Shown here: piece after piece, positions 11,031-24,751 of the stretch
Layout: each line of letters starts with the position of its first letter
How positions within the stretch are numbered: the stretch's first letter is position 1
NCBI RefSeq assembly: GCF_006345805.1
Contig: NC_043018.1
Coordinates: 23,932,001 to 23,996,000, forward strand
Direction: 5' to 3'
DNA from: Octopus sinensis
Lineage: Eukaryota
DNA length: 64,000 nt
Translations under genes and position numbers: made by a program
The notes under the pieces: generated by a model
The model's database searches: none
The model's input: the letters and a program-made list of their open reading frames with translations, nothing else
What the model was told of the DNA's origin: nothing

Positions 11031-12210
11031 TTCTTACATGGCACCAGCACCAGTGCTTTTTACATGGTACCAGTACCAGTGCTTTTTATGTGACACCAGC
11101 ACCAATGCTTTTTACATGGTACCAGTACCAGTGCTTTTATGTGGCACCAGCACCAGTGCTTTTATGTGGCACCAGCACCAGTGCTTTTTATGTGACACCA
11201 GCACCAATGCTTTTTACATGGTACCAGTACCAGTGCTTTTATGTGGCACCAGCACCAGTGCTTTTTATGTGACACCAGCACCAATGCTTTTTACATGGTA
11301 CCAGTACCAGTGCTTTTTATGTGACACCAGCACCAATGCTTTTTACATGGTACCAGTACCAGTGCTTTTATGTGGCACCAGCACCAATGCCTTTTACATG
11401 GTACCAGTACCAGTGCTTTTATGTGGCACCAGCACCAGTGCTTTTTATGTGACACCAGCACCAATGCTTTTTACATGGTACCAGTACCAGTGCTTTTATG
11501 TGGCACCAGCACCAGTGCTTTTTATGTGACACCAGCACCAATGCTTTTTACATGGTACCAGTACCAGTGCTTTTATGTGGCACCAGCACCAGTGCTTTTT
11601 ACATGGTACCAGTACCAGTGCTTTTATGTGGCACCAGCACCAGTGCTTTTTACATGGTACCAGTACCAGTGCTTTTTATGTGACACCAGCACCAATGCTT
11701 TTTACATGGTACCAGTACCAGTGCTTTTATGTGACACCAGCACCAGTGCTTTTTATGTGACACCAGCACCAATGCTTTTTACATGGTACCAGTACCAGTG
11801 CTTTTATGTGGCACCAGCACCAATGCCTTTTACATGGTACCAGCACCAGTGCTTTTATGTGACACCAGCACCAGTGCTTTTTATGTGACACCAGCACCAA
11901 TGCTTTTTACATGGTACCAGTACCAGTGCTTTTATGTGACACCAGCACCAGTGCTTTTTATGTGACACCAGCACCAATGCTTTTTACATGGTACCAGTAC
12001 CAGTGCTTTTATGTGGCACCAGCACCAATGCCTTTTACATGGTACCAGCACCAGTGCTTTTATGTGGCACCAGCACCAATGCCTTTTACATGGTACCAGC
12101 ACCAGTGCTTTTACTGTGACACCAGCACCAGTGCTTTTAACATGGTACCAGCACAAGTGCTTTTTATGTGACACCAGCACCAGTACCCATGCTTTTTACA
12201 TGCTACCAGC
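11031..12210. repeat. Minisatellite of 20-22-bp monomers (ttttatgtgacaccagcaccaatgc / tttttacatggtaccagtaccagtgc) with ~63-bp higher-order pattern
   Basis: Direct tandem repetition that grows out of the gtgctttttacgtgccaccggcac motif of the adjacent RTE-tail repeat (10890-11030). Confidence 0.95.
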
Positions 12211-12879
12211 ACATAATAAAACAGAAAATTGGGTATCCACAGTAGTATTTTAAGGGCCCCTGGAAAAATTTTGCTTTAGATGTGAGTATTGGTATGTATT
12301 GCAAGAAACAGCTGGGTTTCTTTCTCTAACATTTTACATAGTTCGACCTACACAAGTTAATGTGAGAAAAACAAAATAGGAATTTCTATAAAACTAACTT
12401 TTAAACATTGAATGACTTCAAGGGCCACCAGAATAAAATAGTAACCAAAGGGGTCCATAGATAAAAAATGGTTGAGAATCCCTGGTTTAGTTAAAAAAAA
12501 AATCAATGCAAGTACTTTTACTTTAAGTCAGGTACTTATTTTATCAGTCATACTTACCAAATTGCTAAGTCATAGGGACATAATCAAACCAACATTGGTT
12601 ATATATATACACATATATACATGTGACTGCAAGTGGTTATGTATGCGTGATTAACCCAAAAAGGGTTGGAAATGGTGTGTCCTTGAGAAAAATTAATTTG
12701 ATTTTCAAAATTTATGTCCCACAGATAATGTCATCCATAAATAATAATAAAAAATATAATTTGCTCTGAGAAATAACTCAACTTTTAGATCAGCAACTCT
12801 CCTACTCTCTATCTGCCACCATGAATCTATCTCAATCTATTATAAGTAGCATAAGTAGGCTGGTTACACCGCTGGCATA

Positions 12880-13410
12880 GGCCACGGGTTATGGTCTCAT
12901 TTGGCTTGCTGGGTTTTCTCAAGCACAGCATATTTCCAAAGATCTCGGCCACTAGTCATTGCCTCGGTGAGGCCTAATGTTTGAAAGGTGTGCTTCACCA
13001 CCTCATCCCAGGTCTTCGTGGGTCTACCTCTTCCACAGTTTCCCTCAACCGCTAGGGTGTGACACTTTTTCTCGCAGCTATCCTCATCTATTTGCACCAC
13101 ATCTGATGCTACTTAGGTTCAACTTTTCTCTCGAGGCACTTACACTCTGTTGAGTAAGCACACTGACATTACACATCCAGTGAATCATACTGGCTTCATT
13201 CCTTGCAAGCTTACACATGACCTCAGCAGTCACAGCCCATGTTTCACTGCCTTGTTGCATGGCTGTTCATACATGTGTGTCATACAGTCTACCTTTTACT
13301 CTGAGCAAGAGGCCCTTTGTCACTAGCAGAGGAAGGAGCTCTCTGAACTTTGCCCAGGTTATTCTTATTCTAGCAACTACACTTTCAGAGCATCCACCCC
13401 TGCTACTAAC
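12880..13410 (-). mobile_element. RTE-clade LINE 3' fragment
   Basis: Translations GLLLRVKGRLY and CGRGRPTKTWDEVVK...LGLTEAMTSGRDLWK are typical of RTE C-termini. Confidence 0.8.
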
Positions 13411-14308
13411 TTGGTCACCTAGGTAATGCCAACCACTCTGAGAGTGTAGTGGGTGCTTTTTACGTGCCAATGGCACAGGGGCCATAAGAAGCTGGCATTG
13501 ACCACGATTGGATGGTGCTTTTATGTGCCACCAGCATGGGAGCCAGAGGGGAGCTGGCATCAACCACATTTGGACGGTGCTTTTATGTGCCACCGGCACA
13601 GGGGGCCAGATAGGTAGAGCTGGTATCAGCCACAACTACAATTTTCAATTGATTGTGGTTTGATTTGATTTGATCTTGGTGTTGATGATGTACTTGACTC
13701 AATAGGTCTTCTCAAGCACAGCATGTCACCCTATGATTCAAAGGTACTTTTTGAGTGGGCTGGTTATGCGACACTGGTATAGACTACAGCTGTGATCACA
13801 CTTGATTTGCCGGGTCTTCTCCGTCTCACAGCATATCTCCAGAGGCCTCTGTGAGGCCCAATGCTCAAAGGTCATACTTCACCACCTCATCCCTACAATG
13901 GGCTTCTTTCAGTTTCTGTCTACCAAATTCACTCACAAGGCTTTGGTCGGCCTAAGACTATAGTAGAAGACACTCGTCCATGTGGTTGGGAAGCAAGCTT
14001 CTTACCACACAGCCACTCCTACATATATATACACAGAAATATGGTAGTGAAAGTGTTAAAACATGTCATTATTGTTGTTTAGTGCTGGGTCAGCTCAGAT
14101 CAAGCAGATTGTAATTCTGCTTGCATTCCACCTGTGACCATTCCATTAATTTATATATCCATAACTACATTAATCAAAATATCATATGTTTTTTTTAAGT
14201 TAGTAGGGTGTGGTTTTCAGTGATATTTGGCAGCTATTTCTAGTAGATCAATCCACCACATTGAACACCTACACCCACACATAGACAAGCACACATAAAA
14301 AAACACAT

Positions 14309-14346
<38 letters not shown>

Positions 14347-14489
14347 TTCTCATTCAAAGATGCTAGAGAGAAGTGATTTATTAGGAAAGCATGTCTGTTT
14401 CAAACAACAAACAGCGGAAGCTGATTAAATCAAATAAATATAATTTGAAAAGAGAAATAGGAAGAGAAGAGAAGAGGATAACTGCTTAC

Positions 14490-14704
14490 CTTCTAATTTA
14501 CTTGCTAAATCTTTTCTGTTAATTGAAGACAAAGTATTCACAAGAGAGCCAAAAGACCTTTCATTTATAACATCAGCATCCAGCAAGATAGTAAAGATTG
14601 ACAAAGCATCAATATTATTTTCTTTTATGTGACTCCGGTAAAAAAACCTCAGTTTTTTAACATCCTCTGATCTCAGATCCAATGCCAAATCAAAGAGTAA
14701 TGAT
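14490..14704 (-). CDS. CASP8: Caspase-8/10- or cFLIP-like gene, DED2 exon
   Basis: Acceptor aaatttcag| and donor |gtaagc; 215 nt, phase 2 to 1. Encodes RSLLFDLALDLRSEDVKKLRFF...LSSINRKDLASKLE, a second DED with RxDL. Confidence 0.8.
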
Positions 14705-15097
14705 CTGAAATTTATGAAACAATAAGCCTGTTATTTTCTTTGCTAATATTAAGTTGTTTCACATGAAATGTCACATTTTTAATAATTTGTTATTTCAGTC
14801 ATTTAAAAACTGTTTTGTATTTAATCCTGACTCTTTTTCTTTCCCAACAATATTGGTATACAAAATTCATACCCACAGTAGGCGCGGGCATGGCTGTGTG
14901 GTTAGGGAGCTTGCTTCCTAGCTACATGGTTTCGGGTTCAGTCCCACTGCGTGGCACTTTGGGTAGGTGTCTTCCACTATAGCCTCGAGCCGACCGGAGC
15001 TTTGTGATTGAATTCGGTAGGTGGAAGTTACTGCCGTGTGTGTATGTGTGCATATAGCTGCTCAGTGCCTCTCCAAAAGAGAGAGAGAGGAGGCCTT

Positions 15098-16308
15098 ATG
15101 AAAATGATAACAACCAAACTATTTAGAGTGATTTTCCCGTATGAATACAAAGTGGGCCACTCTGCCGCAGAAGCTCTACGAAATATCAAGCAGGCCTTTG
15201 TTAATGGTTTTATTGACATCAGAACTGTTCAGAGATGGTTCCAAGGGTAGGCCAAAATCACTTATTTGGCATGATGGATTAAATACTTTGGTTGAACAAA
15301 ATCTGAGAACAAAGTTTCAAAAACTTTCATCAGAACTCCAAACATCTTGCACAACTGTTTTTGGACACCTGTAAAAAATTGGAAAAGTCAAGAAAATGGA
15401 TAGGTTTGTTCCACATCAACTGAACGAGATTCCAAAAAAACAGATGCCTTGAATCGTGCTCCTTATTGCTTTCTTGGCTAGAAAAAGACCATTTTTGCAT
15501 CAAAACATTACTTGTGATGAGAAATGGATACTCTTTGATAACAGTGGGAGAACAGGAGAGTGATTAGATGCAGGAGAGTCACCTAAACACTACCCAAACC
15601 CACCATTGCACCCTAAAAAGGAAAAATGGTAACAGCAACATTGTATTGCCAGGAAATTGATAGTATGCATGAGAATTTGAAAAAGAAGCAACCCAGACTA
15701 GTGAATAGAGTTGGCCCAATTTTGCTCCACAACAATACATGTCCCCACATGGTCAAAAAGTAGCAAAGCCTGAAATACGAAATTTTGCAACATCTTCCCT
15801 ATTCCCTTGATATCTCTCCTACTGATCATCACTTATATAAGCAATTTGAACTTTTTATAAACAATAAAATATTCTTAAATAGAGAATTGAAGCATTTGGA
15901 CAGTTTATCACAGCAAAAGATGAATTTCTTTTTGACCCTTTAGTATTCAGATTAATCTGTCAAATGTAAAGCCTGTTTAATTACATTGTTTTAAATTAAT
16001 TGTACAGCATCTTGTAACTCCAAGATTTTGACGATGTCCCTGTTTATTTTTAGAATGACTTTGTAGGGTAGGTGTGAGAGGTCAGAGCTGGCAGGTTTGA
16101 GCATAAAACAGAAAGACAATTTTGGCCTGGTATGGCCGGTTTAAACACTAAAGGGTTAAAGATGGAATATATGACATAGAGAAACGTTGGCTGAATGTCA
16201 TAAATGAACATGGATCATACTTTGATCAAAGAAATCAGTTCTCTAACACTTCTGAAACATTTTATTGTTACCTTTCAAATACGACATTTCATGTGAAACA
16301 ACCTAATA
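15098..16308 (+). mobile_element. Degenerate mariner transposon, interrupted by a piggyBac-type MITE
   Basis: Remnant HTH (YEYKVGHSAAEALRNI...TVQRWF), TCDEKWI-like and HLPYSLDISPTD remnants, and TIR remnant caacctaata at ~16300. Confidence 0.8.
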
Positions 16309-17473
16309 TCTTGATGCAGTATGGCAAAACCCAAAGGAAACAGTGATCCAAATAGAGAGATGCAGAAAAGCTAGCCCAAAGTAGAGAACGGTGAAGAAAA
16401 GTCAATCATTAATAGCTGATGTTCCATAGTGGGCAATGAGCTTAAGCTAAACTAAGAGAAGACAGGCAATTCAAAACATGTTTGATCCTCAAAATCCATA
16501 GGTGATGCTTGAACCTGGCTCCATATCACATGTCACTTGATAGTTTCAGAATGAAGAGTGAGTAAGGGCTTATGCCTAAAACAGGTAAAACTGGGTTATA
16601 TGGAGTTTATCTTTAACCCCTTAGCATTCGGATTACACTTTCAAATGTAATGCTTTTTTATTCACATTTTGTTTTTGCATCTGGTTTGCAAGATTCTTTA
16701 AGAGATTTCGATGATGCAATTGTTTGCTTTCAGAATGACACTGCAGGGTAGGTGTGAGAGGTCAGATCTGGCTAGTTTAAACATAAAACAGGTAGAATAT
16801 TTGGGCCAGATATCGCTGTTTCAAATGCTAATGGGTCAAAGATACATATGTTAAAGATATTTAACCCTTTCATTACTGTATATATTTTGAGATGCTCTGT
16901 ATTTCTTTCAATTACTTTAAATATAACAAAGAATTTAGTAAAATAACTTAGTTATCATTAAGCTAGTGTTAGGAACGTAAATTGTTATTAAGGTTTGGTG
17001 GAAGATTTTAATTCAAAACTTTTGAAAACAAGACATTTGTACTACAGAGCCAGAGCAGGTTTCAGCTGGGTGGGTAACAAAAGGGTTAAAAATATTGCTG
17101 GTGGTGAGGCAGTTTATGACTCACCTAATTAACAGATGAGCCACAATATTCTGAGTGTCAATCTAAACATTCTTTTCTTCAATTCATTTATTTCAGTTTT
17201 TTTTTTTTTCATTTTAACAGAAAATAAAGACAATTGCAGTGTGGAAAGTGTTTATAAGCCAATTAAGAAACACACAAATATTTTGACAAATTAAATTTAA
17301 ATGTCGAAGTGAATCTAACGGTCTTGTGTGTTTCTTAAATGGCTTATAAGCACCTTCCACACTGCAATTGTTTTCGTTCCAGCACATGATCTCAGATCAA
17401 GTCACTCGCTATGCAAGTGCATCTCCATAAAAAGAAAATAAAGAGAAAAGAAAAAAACTGAAAAGCAACTTAC

Positions 17474-17783
17474 CTAAAAGGATTTAATTCATTTGGTTCA
17501 AAATCATCAATGTTAGACGAACCAGAATTCAATATTTTCAATAAATCAATCCTATGAATTTTCTTGAGACATTTTAATAAAAATTTGTAGTCATTTGAAG
17601 TGATAATATGGTAGTTTGAAAGTGCATCGATTATATTTAAGCCATTATGCTTTTCTATTTCTCCTGCTGGTAAGATATCATGGCACAGGAACTTCAAATA
17701 ACTTACATCCCTCTCTCGAAGGTTTTCAGCTATTTTGACTAAAGCAGAACTTAGATTGTGGTCAACATCCATCATTATCGTAT
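17474..17783 (-). CDS. CASP8: Caspase-8/10- or cFLIP-like gene, DED1 exon (probable first coding exon; ATG at 17775)
   Basis: Acceptor ttctctttaccag| at 17784 and donor |gtaagt at 17473. Translation (LSSALVKIAENLRERDVSYLKFLCHDILPAGEIEK...LLKCLKKIHRIDLLKIL) fits a death-effector domain including the RxDL motif. It splices in phase 2 to the DED2 exon (PF-R-SLLFDL). Confidence 0.8.
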
Positions 17784-17806
17784 CTGGTAAAGAGAAACAA
17801 AAATAA

Positions 17807-17842
<36 letters not shown>

Positions 17843-18031
17843 GAAAGAATGGAGTCGAACGACGATTTAACAAAATTCCTTTAAAAAAACAGACAAATTT
17901 CCACACGAAAGCAAGTGGCATGTAGCTTCAACCGTGTTTTCTGACGTAAATTTGCTACCCGGGTATCGGTTAACCGAATTATCCATACTAGGATAATTCA
18001 CTCAAATACTTATATATATATATATCTATAT

Positions 18032-18074
<43 letters not shown>

Positions 18075-18404
18075 TATATATATAATATATATATATAATA
18101 TATATATATATATATACATACATAAAATAGCTAATAATGAAGCCCAGATATGGTTGAGTGGTTACGAAGATCATTTCACAAGCATGTGGTTACATTATGC
18201 AGGGCCTTGGCAAGTGTCTTCCACTATACCCCAGGCTAACCAAAGCCTTGTGAGTGGGTTTGGTAAACAGAAACTAAAATAAGCTCCTCATATATACATG
18301 TGTGTGTGTGTGTGTGTATGTGAGAGAGAGAGAGAGGGAGAGAGAGAGTGCATGTGTACATGAAAGTGTGTGTGTGGTTATGTCGTCACCTTGTAAGAAT
18401 GTGA

Positions 18405-18455
<51 letters not shown>

Positions 18456-18458
<3 letters not shown>

Positions 18459-18669
18459 TAGGGAATGCTGAAAAGTTCCTGGCTTTAAGGGTATCATGAA
18501 AGGCTTGGTTGGAGGCCCAACCTTCAAAGTACTTTTACAGGGCTTAGAAAAACTGAAGGACCGTGGCAATAAGTGTGTGAATCTGAGAGGGGAATATGTT
18601 GAATAAAATCATAATTAACTGATCCTTATCTTTTACTCAAAGCCAAGAACTTTTCAGCATCTGCTCATG
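18456..18669. mobile_element. Mariner-derived MITE
   Basis: Inverted ends gctgaaaagttcctggcttt / aaagccaagaacttttcagc; a second copy lies at ~35883-36104. Confidence 0.8.
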
Positions 18670-18950
18670 TGTGTGTGTGTGTGTGTGTGTGTTTGTATGC
18701 ATGTCTACACACAAGGCTTTGGTTAACTTGGGTGCTGCACAATGGGGCTGAACCCAAGACCACATGCTTCTTAATCATACATTAGCATCTACCTATCTAT
18801 TGGGTTGGTAAAAAAGTTTGTAGCATTTTTCAGTTGATGATTAACCATGTGATCTACTTTATCATGTGACAGGAGCATATGACATGTATATATTTTCTGG
18901 AAGAAGAGATCACAATACATGTTTCTCTTTGAATTTTGTATGGATTATTT

Positions 18951-19352
18951 AGGAGTGGCTGTGTGGTAAGTAGCTTGCTTATGAACCACATGGTTCCAGG
19001 TTCAGTCCCACTGCATGGCACCTTGGGCAAGTGTCTTCTGCTATAGCCTCAGGCTGACCAAAGCCTTGTGAGTGGATTTGGTAGACAGAAACTGAAAGAA
19101 GCCCGTCGTATATATGTATATATATATGTGTGTGTGTGTGTTTGTGTGTCTGTGTTTGCCCCCCCCCCAACATCGCTAAAGAACCGATGCTGGTGTGTTT
19201 ACGTCCCTGTAACTTAGCGGTTTGGCAAAACAGACCGATAGAATAAGTACTGGGCTTACAAAGAATAAGTCCTGGGGTCGATTTGCTCGACTAAAGGCGG
19301 TGCTCCAGCATGGCCACAGTCAAATGACTGAAACAAGTAAAAGAGTAAAGAG
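18951..19352 (+). mobile_element. Octopus tRNA-derived SINE
   Basis: Same head, microsatellite and tail as 8206-8616. Confidence 0.9.
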
Positions 19353-19371
19353 TTCTACTATTCTTACAATA

Positions 19372-19640
19372 AAATTGAAAATGAAGGAAAATTAAATCCC
19401 TTTTCATCATTTGATGCTCTTATTTTTTCAGAAAGGCAAAAACACTGCACAAATAACAAAGAAAATATGTGCTGTTTATGGAGATGGCGTCATAGCTGAA
19501 AGTACTGTTCATAAGTGGTTCGCTAGGATTAGAACCGAAAATTTTGACCTGGAAGATCATGAACATTCTGGCAGGCCTAGAGTCATTGATAATGAACAAC
19601 TCAAGAATTTAATAAAAAAAATAAGTCATGTTACACAATG
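19372..19640 (+). mobile_element. Mariner transposase N-terminal (HTH) fragment
   Basis: FQKGKNTAQITKKICAVYGDGVIAESTVHKWFARIR...LEDHEHSGRP. Confidence 0.8.
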
Positions 19641-19690
19641 TGAGACATTGCGGAGATTCTCCACGTATCTCATTCTTTATTCTTTTCTTT

Positions 19691-20200
<510 letters not shown>

Positions 20201-20546
20201 CATAAAGCATTTAAAAACACTTGGTTACATGAATCGCTATGATGTTTGAGTGCTACATAACTTAATGGGGAAAAAAAAATTAAAAAGAGTCATTTCCTAT
20301 CTGCAATTCTATGTTCAGACGAAACAAAACAATCCATTTTAGTCCCTGACTATTGTGGGTGTCATGTTCCAACCCCTCCCCCGGCGATAGGTGAAAATCC
20401 GTAAAGTAGAAACTGTACTTTATTTGTTTTCTCTTTCTAATTTGTATATATCTTATATTATAAATGCAAAACAACTCTACGGAGGAATCGACGTGAGCTT
20501 AAATAATAAACCGTGATCGGTGAACCGCGATATGGCAAGGAATAAC

Positions 20547-20650
20547 TGTGTATATCATTTTATATATATATATATATATATATATCTATATATATATATA
20601 TATATATACATACATATATATATATATATACTATATATATATATATACTA

Positions 20651-20742
<92 letters not shown>

Positions 20743-20990
20743 TACATATATATATATTATACATATATACATAAATATATATACATATATATATACATAT
20801 ATACATAAATATATATACATATATATATATATACATATATACATAAATATATATACATATATATATATATATACATATATACATAAATATATATACATAT
20901 ATATATACATATATACATAAATATATATACATATATATATATACATATATACATAAATATATATACATATATATATATACATATATACAT
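20547..20990. repeat. Long (TA)n/(TATACA)n compound microsatellite
   Basis: Direct reading; it produces the spurious IY-rich ORFs. Confidence 0.95.
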
Positions 20991-21589
20991 CGCCAGCCTC
21001 ATCTGGCACCTGTGTCGGTGGCACATAAAAACACCTTCCGAAGACCCGGCAAGACTAGTCAGTCACCTGTGCATACCTTCCTTCTTGTGACACTTGTGAA
21101 GACCGGTTGAGGCAAGTGAAAATAAAATAAAATAAAATAAAATCAAAATAGACAAAATAGATGAACATCAATGGAATTTGTATCTTGTGGTACCAGTGCC
21201 TGTGGCACACAAGAAATCCATCAGTGCCGTAGTCAGTGCGGTGGGCACATGACAAACACCATCCGATCGTGGCCGTTCGCCAGCCTCATCTAGCACCTGT
21301 GTCGGTGGCACATAAAAACACCATCCGAAGACCCGGCAAGACTAGTCAGGCCATAACCCATGGCCCCTACCTGGGACGTAGTCAGTCCACCTGTGCATAC
21401 CTTCCTTCTTGTGACACTGTGAAGACCTGTTGAGGCAAGTGAAAATCAAAACAAATCAAAATAGATGAACATCAATGGAATTTGTATCTTTGTGGTACCA
21501 GTGCCGGTGGCACATGGCACATAAGAAAACCATCCGAACGTGGCCGTAGCCAGTACCGCATCGACTGGCCTCCGTGCTGTGGGCACGTA

Positions 21590-21900
21590 ACAAGCACCAT
21601 CCGATCGTGGCCGTTTGCCAGCCTCATCTGGCACCTGTGTCGGTGGCACATAAAAACACCATCCGAGCGGGGCCGTCTGCCAGCCTCGTCTGGCACCTGT
21701 GTCGGTGGCACATAAAAACACCATCCGAGCGTGGCCGTCTGCCAGCCTCGTCTGGCACCTGTGTCGGTGGCACATAAAAAACACCATCCGAGCGTGGCCG
21801 TCTGCCAGCCTCGTCTGGCACCTGTGTCGGTGGCACATAAAAAACACCATCCGAGCGTGGCCGTTTGCCAGCCTCGTCTGGCACCTGTGTTGGTGGCACA
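21590..21900. repeat. ~62-bp tandem repeat (about 5 copies) inside an RTE-tail repeat
   Basis: The unit ccatccgagcgtggccgtctgccagcctcgtctggcacctgtgtcggtggcacataaaaaca repeats, with partial copies at ~20990-21500. Confidence 0.9.
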
Positions 21901-22256
21901 TAAAATCACCCACTACACTCTCGGAGTGGTTGGCGTTAGGAAGGGCATCCAGCTGTAGAAACACTGCCAGATCTGACTGGACTGGTGCAGCTTTCGGGCT
22001 CCCCAGACCCCAGTTGAACCGTCCAACCCATGCTAGCATGGAAAGCGGACGTTAAATGATGATGATGATGATGATGATGATACATAAATATATATACATA
22101 TATATATATATACATAGGTGTCGCCACTGACATCTCTGTTCGAAGGCTTATATTTACCTAGTTTCAGTGGAATACATCCACTTGTTTTCAATAATAGAAA
22201 TATTAAAATTACTAAGTCTCTATAAAAGAGATTATGGCAGCGTTTACTGGAAATTA

Positions 22257-22497
22257 ATTGTTATCGCCATATTAATATGGCATTCTTATAGATATAAGAA
22301 TAATCGCTGCCATGGTCAGCTCCAGGAGGCCACCGCCATCAAGATAGTTATTGATACACGATCTGTATCCATTATAACCTTCGAACAATGGATACAGATC
22401 GTGTATCAATAGCTATCTTGATGGCGGTGGCCTCATGGAGCTGACCACGGCAGCGATTATTCTTATATCTATAAGAATGCCATATTAATATGGCGAT

Positions 22498-22503
<6 letters not shown>
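22257..22503. repeat. Fold-back palindrome, ~117-bp arms, 13-nt loop
   Basis: 22257-22373 is the reverse complement of 22387-22503 with about 3 mismatches, and the right arm ends at (TA)n. Confidence 0.95.
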
Positions 22504-22555
<52 letters not shown>

Positions 22556-22558
<3 letters not shown>

Positions 22559-22820
22559 TGGAAGCGCAATGGCCCAGTGGTCGTGGGATCGCGGTTTCGA
22601 TTCCCAGACAGGGCGTTGTGTTTATTGAGCAAAAACACCTAAAAGCTCCACGAGGCTCCGGCAAGGGTGGGGGTGATCCCTGCTGTACTCTTTCTTCTGT
22701 TGGCCTGCTTGCTTAGCCAGCGGGGTGGCGTCATTCGAAGGATAAAACAATGCAAATGCATTGTGACCAGCAATGTGTAACAACATCTGATGGTCTGGTC
22801 GTCACGTGATCACGTGATAT
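22556..22820 (+). mobile_element. Third tRNA-derived SINE family
   Basis: A-box TGGCCCAGTGG, B-box GGTTTCGATTCCC and tail gtcacgtgatcacgtga before (TA)n. Confidence 0.65.
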
Positions 22821-24717
22821 ATATATATATATATCACGTGACACATCTATCTATATATATATATATATTTATAGAGAGAGAGAGAGAGATAAATATAGAT
22901 ATGTATATATATATTTATATATATATATATACTTACAGAAAAGTATGCTATTAAAACGAATTATCATTTATATGCTTTTTTTAAATCACTGTGGATAAAT
23001 ACCAGCAATGACCTTCTCAGGCCCTCCAATATTTTGTAAACAAAAATAATGGGGGTGGGGTAGGAAATAATGTTGCAAAAAAAATCATAATTTTTCAAAT
23101 GTTTTTTTAATAGCATATAAATGAATTTATGGGGAGAAAAATATTGACAAACATCAATACATTCGAGACTGAGAAAGAAACGAGAAGGGTTGTCTTAGGA
23201 TGTGCTAAAAACAACAGCCAAATCTCTCTTAAATCACTCACTTTTTCCTCTGAAAATATTAACAATTTTTAAATATTTTTGTTACCGAAAAGGTTCCTCC
23301 CATGGTTTTGAAGAGCAAAAACACTGGCGAAAATCGGTCATAAAATTCCCCCACCTACCACCTTTTCGAAGGCTGTGGTTAAAAAAAAACTTGGGAAAAT
23401 CCCGTTCAAAACGGAGTAGTTTGCACTTATTTGGTCTTTCTGTTTCGAAACTCTTCTCCTCACCTACTCAGAAAAAATTTTTCCCGCAAATTTCTTTAGA
23501 ATCATAATCTATACCGTTTGAAAGGTATTTCCATAAAATTTCATCAAAAGATATCCATTTTCCTAAAAGTTATGAGGGGAAAAAAGTCAGATCGTGTGAA
23601 TTTTCCGAAACTCTGCTCCCTACATCCTCAGAAAAAATGTTGCCCATAAATCCCTATATACTCTGAATCCACAGCATTTAAGCGGTATTTGTTGAAATTT
23701 TCGTTAAAAAGTATCCATTTTTCTGGAAGTTATGAGGCAACAAAGTCGGCGAGTGTTACACATCTGTAGGTATGACTTCCCCTCTGCGCACGCGCGAGCG
23801 AGCGTGCATGTGTGTGTGTTGTGTGTGTGTGTGTGTTGATATACGTCCAGATTTTTTTACACATATATATATGTATATATATCATCGGCAGAAGTTAGAG
23901 AATAAGTCAAAAGCTGAGAGTTTCGTGTATTGGCACTTATCAAACACGCATTTAGCCATTGTCACTCTGTAATTTCTGCCTAATATTGTGGGGGAATGGA
24001 CGGACGGACGGATTGACACATTCTCATATTTGTTGCTATAAAAACATCTCTGGTTATCAAAGAAGGGTTTTTTTTAGGGGAGATTTTCAGTTTAAATTTT
24101 TCTGTTGACGAAGATACATCGTTTTGTCAATGGACCCGGAAGTTGTTCGCAAACAGCCACAGTAACTTTCGTCAGCTGAATACTCGTCATTGATTGGTTA
24201 AAATTACCCAAATATAACTTTAACACGAAGTAACTTCTAAAATACAAAATTTTGTCAAAAACGTTAAGAGTAAACCCTGTTCAACTTGAGACATTCAACC
24301 AGTATCAGAAGTTTCAAACTGTTTAGTTTAAAAAGATTGATTTAAAAACGTGTGCTTGAGATCGATAATTACAAACATGGCGTATAAAGATATCTTATTT
24401 TCATAGTATTTTTATCAATACTATTCCGTAAATGTTTTTCTTGTGACCCACCCATTTTCCACTTTTTAGACAGCGGGATGAGGTGGAGAGGAGTATATGA
24501 ATCAATTTTGGAGTTGCCTCATAGAAAATTTGAAATTTTGGCATATTCAGAATCTCCGTCATCGAAAATAGTAATCAGCTGGAAAAAAATTTCAAAACAA
24601 AAAGGTCGATTTTATAATAAATCAAAAAACAAAAGTTAACAAGCTTTTGACGGTCTTGAAGCTATTTCAAAATTATGATGCTAGGTGTTTCCATTATTTT
24701 GTCCAACCCCTGTATAT

Positions 24718-24750
<33 letters not shown>

Positions 24751-24751
<1 letters not shown>

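Noticed and set aside
10893-12253. Many overlapping ORFs, and a possible CRISPR-like array
   Set aside because: Translations of a minisatellite; there are no unique spacers and no cas genes, and the DNA is eukaryotic.
17830-18010. Candidate promoter or non-coding first exon of the caspase gene
   Set aside because: Mildly CpG-rich unique sequence, but no convincing minus-strand donor, so it cannot be supported from sequence alone.
22150-22200. Hammerhead-like motif TTGAAAA...AGTGGA/TCCACT-GAAA-CTAG on the minus strand
   Set aside because: Two extra bases lie before stem II and stem I does not pair; at best a degenerate relic.
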